A stretch of 63,206 bases of DNA, counting the filler, from Sphacelaria rigidula (Eukaryota), in NCBI GenBank assembly GCA_964200075.2. It is 9 parts of 9 records of this genome, joined end to end, with 100 filler letters (N's around TTAATTAATTAA, not from the genome) between each part and the next. Parts side by side here need not be neighbours in the genome. Positions count along the whole stretch, not along the records: positions 35,174 to 42,107 come from CAXNAA020017342.1; positions 42,208 to 49,140 come from CAXNAA020017343.1; positions 49,241 to 56,173 come from CAXNAA020017344.1; 6 more parts are not named here. One strand, given 5' to 3'. The notes beneath the pieces were generated by a model. The model saw nothing but the letters and a program-made list of their open reading frames with translations, was not told where the DNA came from and did no database searches. Shown here in pieces: positions 39,825-53,100 of this stretch. A program made the position numbers and the translations under genes. Every line of letters starts with the position of its first letter. Within the stretch, counting starts at the first letter, position 1.

Positions 39825-42043
39825 CTGCTTGCTCGAGAAAAGGTCATAGGGTCCGAGGCAGCAATGCAAAGAGCGAGGCACGGGGAACAGCGAGCATTAC
39901 ACTTTGGGAAGCGCGTGTAAGCGCAGGACGGAGTGAATAGAGTGAGGAGCCACCGCTTCTGGTGATGGGGGTGTAAACGTGAAACGACGGCATGCACTTT
40001 CATTGTCCCACACGGCTACGACCAAGCACGGGAACCAACCGGTTTGGAGGCCTCAAGGCCTGTACAGTAGAGTCTAGAGAGGATACGGGCATGGAGGCCA
40101 CTTTCTTATATCATTCTCTCACCAACAAAACAAAACTCGCTTTTGCTGCGCATCGCCCTTCGTACATACAGAATAGGCGCCTTGAACCAAATAGAGGTAC
40201 TGAAGATTTGCAACACGCATGGCGTGCTGTTGAATTTGACGAAGGTAAGTGTCGAGTCTCCACAATCCCAATCTCTCGAACTCATGCGTGCGAAGAACTA
40301 GGAGTCGTTTTTTATTCTTGATACTACAGCAAGCACCGTATCCAGCAGCACAGTCGCCGTAGTGTATTTGTGCTGGGTGATATTTCGGCAGACATGCATC
40401 ATTTACATCATGCCATGGCTGTTTGTATATCACACGCCTTACCCAGGGTCAGGGTTAGGGTTAGAATGCGACCACAACCGCGCTCTACTTTGCCGACGTG
40501 TCGCAAGGCTACTTTGTCACACTACTGAACGTATCTTTGCGAACAAAATGAGCACGTCGAACACGTTTGCCTCACGTTGCCTATACAATGAGTAGGACGT
40601 GCCGTTATCTCCCCCCATATTGATACATATCCAATAGACTGGGACGCACCATGACGACCAGGACGATGGGACCCATCAGCGGCATTATAAAATATGTTCC
40701 CTACAGGCAGCGAATTTCACTCGAATGCTTCTCATCGACATATAATAATTTTGGCCACCGCTCAACAATATTTTCACCCACACATACAATTTTCCCCACC
40801 AGTGCGGAAGCCGTGGGGTGCGTTGTGGTCGTCATGTGGACATTGCGTGGTGCGCGCAGTTTGCCGGAGCCCTTTCGGCGCCCAAGACGTAGCATGACTC
40901 GGTACAAGAATATCTGCATTCCCGCTGTCGCTTGAAGCGGCCGTCACCTCTTTGCACTTGTGTTTGTACAAGCCCACAACGAATGTTTGGGATTGCGTAA
41001 CGCACCCATGAACGTCCGTTTTTCGTGCAAGCGAAACACTCGTCTTCTGTCGCAGTATCACTCGATCGCTTGTCAGCGATGACGCGTCTGAATTCATGTG
41101 GGAAAGGTGTTATGCTGCCACACCTACGGGTCCAACACAAGCGCTTGGTCACGAGCTGACTCAGCTGTTTTTGGTTGCTTGTTTTTACATGAACTAACGG
41201 GCTAAGCTAGGTACCCAGTCATGATCACGAAAAAGACAGTTCTGGTAAAAAAACACCCGACAAATCCCTGTCAGGTTCCAGGTAGCAGGCCGTGCAAGAA
41301 GCAAGGCAGTGGGAGCAAGTGGTGACCTAGCTATCCCGGAACGCCTTAATGTGCTTTCGTCGTATTTCTAACCCCCTTGCAAGGGATGTGTCCCTCATCT
41401 CAAGATGCCAGTCCATCTTTCCCCGGTACCTGCATTAGAAGGTGCTACTATCGACCATTGTGCAAACACCACCACAGCTCTTCAACTCCTCGAATCTTCA
41501 ACTGGTTCTCGGACCTACTTTCGTGGGGACAAATTTTACACAAAAGCCGTTTCGCCATATCTGCGAAAGGCAGATGCGCAGGGGCAACCTTGCACACCCT
41601 GGACAATAACTTTGTAAAAAAATGTACTGCGTACAGTATGGAATCTATCGTCTCTTGCAATAGGCGCAATAGTCGATACTGTACGCAGTACACTTTTCGG
41701 CTGTGTATTCTATTGCCATTATCCAGGGTGTGCAGCCTGTCGACTTTATACATGTTCGCATTGTTTCGTACATGAGGGGTCATTTCCAAAGGCGTGGGGT
41801 ACATATCTCATTATTACAGCGAAAAGTAGAGTTCAAGTGCAGACAGCAAAACTGGTTTACAAGTTCCGTACCAAACCGTGGCCCCATACGGTAGTGCCGT
41901 GCAGCAAGCACACTATACTGCGGGTCACCGTAGTACCGTGCGGTAATACAGTACTGTGCAGTGCAGTACCATACATTGCCCTAGCAACACAGTAGCTTAC
42001 TGTGGTAACCATGCCATATTATAGTGCAGTACGCTTGCCGGTC

Positions 42044-42107
42044 GCCCCGGTGGCTCAGTTGGTAACCTCGTAACCTTCTGATGGTTGAGTAGGGGGGTTC
42101 GATTCCC
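42044..42107 (+). other. tRNA-like Pol III promoter segment (SINE head or tRNA pseudogene), cut by contig end
   Basis: A-box TGGCTCAGTTGG (42051) and B-box GGTTCGATTCCC (42096). The D-stem partner is missing, so it is not a canonical tRNA. Confidence 0.65.
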
Positions 42108-44338
42108 NNNNNNNNNNNNNNNNNNNNNNNNNNNNNNNNNNNNNNNNNNNNTTAATTAATTAANNNNNNNNNNNNNNNNNNNNNNNNNNNNNNNNNNNNN
42201 NNNNNNNGTAAAACGACGTAAAAGCTCCAAAAATACAATTTTCCGGGGTTTTATTCTTGTCTATTATAAGAAGCGGCCTCACGCACTGAAAGGCTAAACC
42301 GATTTATGTTCACACATTGCAATGGCTTGCTTCACTCGTTGAAATCGTTCCAGGGCACATGTTCGTTTCCCGGTGGTCTCAGTTTTTTTCTTGACCAATA
42401 TTGCATTTCAAATGATGATACGGTCAGGTACACAGGAATCAGGGAGAGAAATGCCCGTTTTTTCGTCATCTTCACCATGGTCTCGCAAGGGATTTCACGG
42501 ATCGGGGATGGATATTTTATTCTGATGTGTGTCGCCGATCTCGAACAATGTCCTTCGAGATTTTTTTCTGCACGTCAAGGTGGGCTTCATCGCTGACGAA
42601 ATACAACACGCCGATGACCGCATGAAGGATAAAGCAGGTGCGGACATTTAATGCTGCTGTTGCCTCTTTTTCATTATAGCCCGTTCCCCTCTACTACCCA
42701 ACACCATGGCAGTCGCACCAACCTTGTAGGACTCGACAAAGAGTCTACATGTCCGACAGCTCATGAGTTATCATGAACTAGCTCATTTGACCTCATTTGA
42801 CACATTTAATGCCTACAGCGCTGGACGTCGAGCACGCGGAGCAGCGCAAAGGTAGAGCTTCTGGCTTCCCGGATCCCGCTGTCAAGTATTTTGGGTTTGG
42901 ATGACGGATCTCTCTGAAGAGTCCTCTACGATCCGTTGTTTCAGGTAGCTCATGAGCTGTTCAACGTGCGAAGGAGTCCAAACCCATTATCGTACGCCTC
43001 ACCACCAGGGCATAAGCTGTCGCGTGCGCTACCCAAAAAGAGAGAGTGCTGGCGGGCTGATCGCCGACGGATACCACAGTCGAGAATACCTAAAATAGGC
43101 CAACCCCAGCTTTACCCAAAATATACGTTTTGCCCACGAGCGATGACGACAGCACGACAGCCTGCTGCTTCTGACCAAAATAAATTTAACGCGAGGCCGT
43201 CCACTGGTATTTTGTGTCAAGCAGTTCCCGTTCCGCTCGAAATCAACCCTCGGTGACGGACTAGTGGCACGGAAGGGAAGGAGACGGGGCGGGCGGGGGG
43301 GTTGGAGTAGTTCCATGGACCTTCCCCCACTGTCACACATCGATGCTTCGACTTCGATAGAGGCCGCGGTTATGTAATCGTCCAGCGGGGCGTGGCCAGG
43401 AACCGTCGGGTGCGTGTGTTCATTGGAGTACCTCTGACAGGCCAGACCATGGGATGCTGTACGTTCAGATGAAGACAAGAGGTGCATTTGGACGGCGAGC
43501 CACTTGAAAACACGAAGCCTCATGGCAGGAGTCACGATGATCTCGCCCTCTGTTGAATGGGCTCTAGTGCTTACGTACGTCAGCGCCAACTCCATTACAC
43601 ACTTCAAGTACATTCGTACAGATACAGAGTGTACGGTGGGCCAATGGTGAACCCATGAGGGACGCAGGTGCATCATTCAAGCGGATACTATCGCTTCCAA
43701 GGAGCGCTCCCTGATGTTGGTTTGACGGCGCGCGTGCAACGGTCTGCTGGGTGATGCTTTTGGAGTTGAAATTGCAGTTCAACGTAAAGATAAATGCGAA
43801 AGCACAGTACAACAGTCGAGTGAGCAGTGTCCACACGGACCCTTGTGGGATTTCATCACCACGGACGACCTGTCACTGGTTACTGGACGCGCGGTGAAAT
43901 AGTGTGCGGTGCTACTGTACTGTCTGTACAGACACCGTCCGCTCTGTTGTGCGGAGGCGGAAGGGAGCAGCTACCAAGTGCTGTACAAATATCGAGGTAG
44001 ACAACTAGTACAATTTTTTGGAGTCTTTGTCTCAAGTATGCGCACGCAACAACTTACACGAGGCTATACCAGACGCAGAACTCTTAACCACCAACCCGGC
44101 TTATAAGGGCGACAAGTCAACGCGGGGGGCGGCGGTGGCGTCCTCTTGCCAAACAAACGTTTCCATCACCTTGCTTCTCATGAGAGCGATGCTGTACTCT
44201 GGTCAGATGGTGAGCACTCGTCACCCCGCCGTGAAAACACAAGAATGCAGTCATACCAGCCTTCCCGCCTCGCCCCATCAAGAGAGAAATAGATACTAGA
44301 GTAGCGGCCTACCAAGCAAACAAGGGAAAATGGCTCAC

Positions 44339-44478
44339 TTTGGCGTGGATGACTTCTTCCTCTTCGATGCGGGCGTCGGAGAACCTGCGCCCCCCGCCCC
44401 TATGCTTTCACCGTCCTCAGCGTCGTTAACATCCGGGGCCGACAGAGAGCGTTTGAAGGCCAGCCGCATTGACGACAT
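44339..44478 (-). CDS. Probable first exon of an unknown, possibly nuclear protein, divergent from UBE2S
   Basis: ACCATG start, MSSMRLAFKRSLSAPD..ASKRKKSSTP with an NLS-like KRKK, then a GTGAG donor. The 43029-43676 frame may be a later exon. Confidence 0.45.
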
Positions 44479-45582
44479 GGTCCCCTCCTCTTCACGCCCG
44501 CTGAAGGAAATGGAAACTTGGGGATATATGCTCCTCGACAACCGTTCGTTCCACTCACACTAACGTATGGTTCTGTGCTCTCCGGGTATGGCTCCCGTAG
44601 GTAGCTTCGGTAGCTTGTCGTCACGGAGATGGTGTGGGGCGCGATGAAAAACAACCAGCAAAGCAGACGCGCCGAAAGACTCGCCGATGATGTTCCTGTT
44701 TGTTTGTCAGCGAAGCGCCAAACACTGTACAACACAAAACTGCGTCCTCTTTCAAGCCTCGCGGGGAAGATGTACACCAACTCCAATCAACCGGCTTCCA
44801 CTGATACACTCTTCGTTTCGCAACCACGTTAAACTTCCGTGTGGAACCGCCTGACAACTACGGCAGGCGGGCACCTCGGGCTGCTGGAAAATATCCCCTA
44901 CCCTATCGTCATTTTGCATCTGCATCTCCCTCTTTCCTAAATATATTAAGGAGGCGTGTGTGTACAGTGCTTATATTCCTTTCGCCTGCCCTCATGATCA
45001 TGCTCTAATATTTTCACCCGCATAACCAAAGTCAGTATCATTTCGGTCTCCCCTCACTATTTGTAAGTAAAAGCTGGTGAACGATATCTGCGGGAGCCCC
45101 TGCCTGGCCAAACCACCACCGCCGGATCGTGTCCTGTGCCTTGTATACAACTTGGAGGCCAGTTGTTCACGGTATCCACGACTCCACATCGAACACCGTA
45201 CGCAATAGTGTTTTCGTGTACCAGTAGTGAGCAGTGGCGGAGGGATCCAGTGCCCTCTGCGAACTGGTTTCATCGCCTACACCAGCCGCGCGCGGGACGG
45301 AGGCGAGAGTTTCGGGGGCAAAAAAATCGGCGCATTCCTTCTCTTTTTTAGAGACAACGGGTTTTCGCCTGCCGCCGTACTTGATCTGCTGCCGCTGTCA
45401 CCCTTGGAGCTACCGACAACCTGGCAACTTGCCCTCTACGTGGAGAGAGGGGAAGACATCGAGAGCTGATAGCTGATAGCTCACGCTGCAACCATCTGCA
45501 TAGATAATCTGGGTAGACCTTGACCTGTAGTCTCTGGGTTGGGTGGTGTGGGGGTGCGTGTGTTGGAGGCTCAGTTCCACAA

Positions 45583-47032
45583 ATGAGCAAGAGGAAAATG
45601 TCCCTGCTCTCGTCCTTCGAAAACATCTCCCCACAGGTCATCAGCCGAGTCGGCAGAGAAATACAGGACCTTCAAAGAAAGTGAGTGACATATCTCATGA
45701 ACGTGTGAACAAATAGCACGGTAATGGTACCCCCTTTTGATTGAAGGGACAGACGGGGACCGCCGAGACCTAGGGTGGGGCCGGATGCCCGTGTGTGAGG
45801 GTAGTGATGATGTTGATGATGATGATACTCGGTGTATGTTCCATGCTCAGTGTCTACTTGTATCCGTAATGTTTTGTGTCAGTACGAGTAGAGACAGACA
45901 GTTCTGCTGCCTATATACACTGAAAAACGTAGATACAGTCGGTGTCTGGGCTCTCTCTCTGTTGTACCATTGTCCTGCACTTTTATTGGTTTCTGTCCTG
46001 GTAATGAAACACAGCGCAAACTTACTATCGGCAAAAGTTGTCTCATCCTTCGGTATCTCAAGCGTAAAAGCTGAACTAAGCAACCCCTGTGCTTGCGTGG
46101 ATGTGTTCGTTTGCTGCAGCCCCCCAGATGGCATCCGGTTCTTGCCGCAAGAGGAAGAGACAATCGCCGAAATCCATGCGGAGATCAAGGGGCCTGGTGC
46201 GTTCGTATAGGTATCGTTGCTGTGAGAAGCGGGTCCTGTAACAAAACGACAGACGTTACGGTTATAGTTGTTGAGAAGAGCGGGTAAAGTTTCAGGGTTA
46301 AGATTGTGTAGGGCCTACTTCAGGCTGGTGTGCTGATCTAGGGGAAAATCCTTTTGTTGTGGCCGTTGGAGAAAGGTGCATACTGTAAACACCTTGGAAG
46401 ATGAGGTTGATTCGATGGGATGCGGAATCGTGTCAGATGTTGCTTATTCGAACCCAGTTATGTTGCTTTCTGCCCCCCCCCCCTCACACACACGGATGAA
46501 TTATGTCAACGCGCTATTTACCCGATCTGATGCATGTGTCCAGCAGCAGTAGTAGTACGGATAGTTGGTTCGCACGAAGTTTACCCATGTTGACCTTCCA
46601 TCCCCTTCTCACCTTCACAATCGCAAAACCAACATGGTGACGGTGCAGCACAACAGTAGTTGACCCCTGTCGCCTGGTATAAGAAGCAATTCACACTCCT
46701 GTGCTGCATGCATCCCAAACAAGAGCAACCCACGTGGCTCTGCCTCTAGAAACCTCAACGCATCAAACGTCGCCTTCCTCCCTCTTCCCCCCCCGCACAC
46801 CTACGGGTGTATCTTGTACGTACAACCCTGGATATCTCCAGCGGGCACGCCGTACGACGGAGGCTCGTTCCACATCAAGCTTGTTTTGGGCAATGATTTC
46901 CCGCACTCGCCGCCTAGGGGGTTCTTCCTCACCAAGATTTACCATCCAAATGTGGCATCTAACGGGGATATTTGCGTCAACACGCTCAAGCGGGACTGGA
47001 CCGCCGAGGTTACACTTACCCACGTTCTGCAG
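45583..47032 (+). CDS. UBE2S: Ubiquitin-conjugating enzyme E2 S (UBE2S/UBC22-like), exons 1-3; 3' exons missing
   Basis: Exons 45583 or 45598-45680 ([18 protein letters not shown]), 46120-46196 (PPDGIRF..EIKGP) and 46842-47032 ([52 protein letters not shown]). Phases are compatible, and the HPN motif and catalytic Cys are intact. Confidence 0.93.
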
Positions 47033-47511
47033 GTATGTAAATACTACTTGAACATTCACGACGGTACCGTGCCATATCATGAAGAAATGGTGTCTCGGCC
47101 AGCTGTGGATATATCCTAATCAAGCGCGTGTTCCTGTGCGGTAGGTTGGAAGCCTTGGATTCTCGAAGGAGGCCGTGTTAGGGTTGGTATCACGGGTCAC
47201 GCAACCTTGTCATAGTTGGTACCAGGAAACTGTACTGATTTGTGGCTGGTTCTTGAGTTTTTAGATCTGCCTACAGTATAAGGTGAGAGAGTTGGTCGTG
47301 TTGTCAAGTAAAGTAGGGAAGCGTAATGCTGTCAGTGTACTACTTTATTGAGTACTTGAGGTGTGGACGAACTACAGGGAGGCCAATATAATATCACCCC
47401 GTACGTCGGCCATCCAATGGCAAATAAGCCAACGTGTATAGTCCGTACTGCAGTTGTATACTGTTGTCTGTGCTGCTGTCCGTTTCGAGCTTACCCCACC
47501 AAGGGAAAAAT

Positions 47512-47717
47512 CGGTCAACTCTTGAACACTACTGTTGAACGACTGAAACACCCACCCCATTTTGGGACGTTTAGCTCATTGCCTTGCCCCGCAAAAGGGC
47601 GCAAAAAAGTCTCCGGTCAACTCTTGAACAATGTCGAACGAATGAAACACCCACCCCATTTTGGGACGTGTAGCTTATTGCCTTGCCCGCCGAAACGGCG
47701 CAAAAAGTCTCCGGTCG
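47512..47717 (+). repeat. ~100-bp tandem duplication in the UBE2S intron
   Basis: GGTCAACTCTTGAACA..GAAACACCCACCCCATTTTGGGACGT..GCCTTGCCC occurs twice. Confidence 0.8.
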
Positions 47718-49517
47718 CTGAAAATATTGTCAACGTAATTAACAACACCGAATGTCCTTCGGTCTTACTCTACACACTATTGTTGTAGTCAACCGTCAGC
47801 AGTTTGGAACTAAACCAGCCGCACCCGATTCCTTGCTCAAGCATTAGTTGCAAGCATCGGCCGGTTCTGTCAGTGTGGCAGGATAATGCAGAACCACTGC
47901 ATCTCCTAACTGGCAGCGGGACCCCCGATGTGTGCGTCACCGTCAAAATCTTTGCGTAGCCACACACGCCGCGAAAAATTAGGCACCGCGTGTATACCCG
48001 ATTCCTTTGCGTGAAGTAATGAAGGCAACGGCTGGCTTCACCAGCTTCGTGGCGGGACAATTGAAAAAGTAGCACATTCGCCCACATCGGGGATTCTCGA
48101 TGTGATGGGTGGAGTCAGTGGTTCTCTAACTGTGAAACAATCGGCAAAAGCCAACGTTTGATAACTCAAGATCTTCGGATCTTCCGCGCAAGGAATCCGT
48201 GACACACTGGTTGTCCGCATTTCCGCGGCGTGAACGTATATGCGAGACCTTGAAGTTTTTTAGGGTTCCACCGTGTTTCACATCCGAACTGTGTCGTAAC
48301 GCATCCATCTTCTCCCGGGGAAATTTTAGCAACCAAGTAGACAGATTCCCTTCGCCAAAAAAGGGGGTGCACAAGCTGGTTTGTCAGCGTTCTTGTGGCG
48401 AGACAGACAAAATAACTACATCAAGCGATTGCGGCGGGACCCCCAAAGTATGCGCTACCCCCAGATTTTCCGGTACCTATCCCGTGCCACGTAGAAATTG
48501 CGTCCCTATAAAGGTTTTGGTCAATTTCAGAGTGTGCTTATCGACAGGGATCCATATCTTTGCCTCGAAAATATTCGCAGTTTTAGAAGAACATTCAACG
48601 GTGGGTGTCTCATGTATTTGCACGCGTCCGTCACGAGGTCTTCGATGAACCCGAGGATTTTTCGGGAGAGGGGGGGGAGGGAGGACACAGCGACAAGTTC
48701 CTTGGTTTTCTGCAGATGACGAAGGTTTTAATACTTTGTAGGTGAAGATATGGATTTTGTCAACCGGAGTGTTGTCTCCCGTCACACGTTATTTTCGCGA
48801 GCTTCACGGTTGAAAGAGACTGTTCGGGGGGGGGAGGGGCACTGATTCCTCGCCCGCATCTATACTTGTTCTTGAAATGGAGGCGGAGGCAAAGGAGATG
48901 ATGTACATCCTCTTGCATGCCGTAGTCATATAACCATTGACCTCTTGTCTCTACAAGGCCGGGACAAGGGGGGGGGGCGTACTGCCGGGACGAGGGGGGG
49001 GAGGAACCTAATGGGCCTGCTGTTTTTTTGGTATGATGAGTATCGTAATCAAAATGTGCAAGGGTCAGACAAATAATGATTCGTCTGAAAAATACTTGGT
49101 TTCAGTATGATGAGTCGCCTCGTGACGAATCAATCCCCACNNNNNNNNNNNNNNNNNNNNNNNNNNNNNNNNNNNNNNNNNNNNTTAATTAATTAANNNN
49201 NNNNNNNNNNNNNNNNNNNNNNNNNNNNNNNNNNNNNNNNCGTTTCCGGTGATGAGATATTGCTCTGCCAGCTTAAATCCGTTTCTGGGCTGGCCCAGCT
49301 CGTATAGAAAAATATACACAAAAGAAAAAATGGAGTGGAATAATTCTAGATGCACAAGAATAAAGTTCAACCTTGTGGGTTGGGGTTGGAATATTAATTT
49401 TTGGAAAAAGGGGAGACAAAATAAATATGTAGTGGCGACGGCAAAATATTTTTCACACTCCACTCAGTGGGGACCAGAGGGGGTAGCTACCCAATAGTTC
49501 GGTATATTCCAAACCCT

Positions 49518-49678
49518 GGACAATACATGGTCAATAGATGCAATAGACGAGAAGTGCACTGTATAAAGTATAGGCCTATCGCAACTATTGCCGGCCGACA
49601 ATAGTCGCAATAGGCCTACTCGTATACTTCATGCAGTACTTTTTTTTGTCTGTTGCAACTCTTGACCATATATTGCCC
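49518..49678. repeat. Imperfect ~160-bp palindrome
   Basis: GGACAATACATGGTCAA.. / ..TTGACCATATATTGCCC outer arms and a TAGGCCTATCGCAACTATTG / CAATAGTCGCAATAGGCCTA core. Confidence 0.7.
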
Positions 49679-50170
49679 AAGGTGCGGTACATTCATGTTC
49701 GATATTTTAGTTGTACTTATTTTGTGCCATTTTTTTTTTTCTGGGTCTATTTTTTTTTTCTTTATTTGATTTCCCCACACCTTATTATAGGTAGCTAGCC
49801 TGCGACCACGGAAGGCGTCCGCATCAGATGCCCCCTGCGGATGTACCGCGTAGACATCGAAACGGCTTTTAATGTGAAAATAACAACAATTTTTTTTTGA
49901 CGGGTATCACCTACTGACGCACAAGTACCCAACTAGAAGCTAGCGACAGGCTACACCGCCGAGACTCATTATTTTTGTAGCTCGGGTTGCATCTGTTCCG
50001 AAATTGAAAAACTGTTCCGAGACGACGAAAACTGTTCCGAAATTATGAGCAGCTGCTCCTAGCCGTAGCAAGTGATGATTTTATCCACGGCGATCTGAGA
50101 TATCATCGATAAGCCGAGTAGTATCTTGACCCCGTGTGATATGACAAACAAACCAGGACCGAACACTGAC

Positions 50171-53100
50171 CTCAGTCCTTCAATTTCCGCCTGTTGCGCC
50201 TTGGCGCGTTCAGCCTCTTCCTCCGCGACAGACTTTGCCGCCACTGCCTCATGCTCTCGACTGTCTAGCTCTCGCCGAAGAGAAGCAATTACCTGTGCAC
50301 ATGTAAAATGTAAAATGCAACGTGTGAGCAGACCAGACCGTCGGAATCAAGAACACTGCACCAGAGACACACCATCGGATGACGCCTGTAGCATTCATTT
50401 GTACCGAATGTGACGTGAATCATCAGTGCGCGAACGGCCAAGGCATCATGCAGGGAGGAAACAAAACGAAAAAAAAAACTTGCGGCCGAACCGGAACAAA
50501 ATTACACGACCTCCCACAACCTTGTCGAGCAAAGCTACCCGAGAAAACAACCCGAACACGAATAAGACAAAAGGCGGCCTTCGAAATCTCACCCGGCTAG
50601 CATTATCGCCCACGCCCGACTCCCTTACGATGCACCGAGCGTCCTTCAGGAGGGCTCTCGCTTCTGCGTTCACCGCCATACTATCCGGCTTTTTATCGTT
50701 CTTGTCCTGCACAGCACAGCACAGCACAGCACAGCACAGCACAGCACAGCACAGCACAGCAGAGATCAACGATATACTCAGCAACAACATCTACGGTGCA
50801 CGCGATGGGTACACACGCACCATCTCTTTCCTGGTTCGGACGGATCATCGCCAGTTCGAATCACCAAATCCACGGTTTTTCAGGCCTGATTGCACAACAA
50901 AAACAAGTTGACAGCTAGTACAAAAAGGTCTCCACACATTTTTTGCGCCATTCCACGTACCTAGGCTCTGCGCGTACCTGGGTTGCAACGCTGAAAAACA
51001 AAGCCCACGGATTGATTCGTACGGTACGAATCAATCACACTAAATCAAGTAATTACCAGACAAATCATCAATTCGTTCGACCCTTGATTTCTTCCAAGCT
51101 CATATTTCTGAATACAGAACACAATCACAGCACAAAAACCAACGACGCCATATGTGATTTGGAGTGCATGTACTGCAAAACGCTCACTACCTTGGAACAC
51201 TGCACAGGATCAGAAGCGTGACATTGCAACACACTCTGGATTCCAATAGCTCAGCGATATATACCTTGTACTATACGAGCTCCCCTCTTGATTTAGTTCA
51301 TTTTTGTCAACTGTGTCCCTTGTTAATGCATCACCTTCGCCTCGGGGTCAGCCCCAAAGTCCAGGAGCAGCTGAGTAACATCCGCGGAAGAACCCGCGTA
51401 GTGGAGGGGGGTGCGTCTCGCGTGATCTCGAGCCGCTACCGCTGCTCCGGCTCCAAGGAGGAGATAGCAGGCGTCGAGCTAGCAACACACAGGCGGCGCA
51501 GGATAGGGTTTGCGTATGCGTAGGGGGTGGGATGTGTTTGGGGGTGATGGATGTGCTGGCTTGGAGTCACACGTTTGCTGCCGTTTGTTCCTTCCGATTG
51601 TCGCTTCGTCTCTCCCCTTTCTCGAGTTACCACCCAACACCGTTATATATTTCCCCAAATTGCCGCGGGAAACACTCCTCCGGGAACAAGAACTACACAC
51701 GTGAAACATGCGTTACCGCTTTTCATGTATCGTAAGACATGACGGACACACACACACACACACATCACTGCAGGGTAAGACCCGACTCGATCTGAGCACG
51801 TATGCATGTGTAGTGTGGAAAGACTATTCAAAGGCAATGTTGATAGAACAACAACTATCGCCGCTCAACATTGACCCCACTAACACAGGGCATTACACTT
51901 GAAGGCGAAGACAATTTCGGTCTGTGAAGTCATCACAGACTCAGAAACCACAAACGTCTCATCTTCACGTTGCTCCTTGTTCACCTGTCCACACCCTGCG
52001 GCCTCGTGTAAGGGAGTCATGCCCCCCCTGCCGGGGAGGTTCACGGCTGCCTCACGTTCTAGAAGCAAGTGCACGATATCCAAGTGGCCTCTTGAAGCAG
52101 CTCGAGATAGCGCCGTGCTGCAAGGATATCACCATCGTGAACAGCCACAAAACGAATGTGCGCAGGCGAGAATCGTCATGTTCCACACAAGCACACACAA
52201 ATGTCATGATTTCGCGCAAAACAGCCACGTATATAACAAAACGCCACGTATGAACACGTCGCAGCAGAACTCACTACTTCAGGCGTCACAAAAGGGAAGG
52301 TGGCATCGAGACACAACGGGCGATGACTGTTTCTCAGTAATGGCCAGTGACTAGGCCCACCAACGTCGGCGAGACAAGACAACAACACAAAAGCGCCGAG
52401 GTCGGAAATCCAATTACCGCGTCGTGTCTTCGTCTACACCAACACAACAGCCTACAGTAGACGTGTCTACTCCAGAGTAGTTCCATTTTGCATGTCGGCA
52501 GTACCAGAGAGTTTCGGAAAAAGGCTTTTTTTGTTATTTCAGAGTGCAAATATCTGAGGATCAGAGTGCCGAATAAGAAAAAAAAACTCATCGAAAAAAA
52601 GTTGAGGGGATACCATATTTGACGGAGGGGGAAATAATTTTTCGTTACACTCTGATCCTCAGATATTTGCACTCTGAAATGACACAAAAGTGTTTCCCGA
52701 AACTCTCCCTTGTCCATCGAAGAGGTGGGCCGAAGTGACTAGGGGCGGAAAGTACCAACACAAAAAACACCAGCAAAGCAGGATGCCACGTACGGTAAGC
52801 CTGGGGAACGGCGAACTATTTTTAGTTAACGCTCAGATCCACCCCAAAATGGGAGAAAATGACTTCGCACCTTTGCCCCGTTTTGCTCTTGGCATTTACG
52901 TCCCCTCCCGAGTCGAGAAATGCTCTCACCGCTGCCAGGTCGCCCTCTCCGGCGGCCTTTAGGGCAACATGAGCCTGCCCACAGAGAAAACGTCAAAAGC
53001 TGATCCTTCAAGGGCTCAGGTGGAGTCAACTGCATGGATGTCTGTGGGGATAATACCTGATGGACACTCAAAGCTGGAACTCAGAATTTTTCAGTAAACT

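Noticed and set aside
40443-40464. Telomere-like CAGGGTCAGGGTTAGGGTTAG
   Set aside because: Only about 3 units and internal, so not significant.
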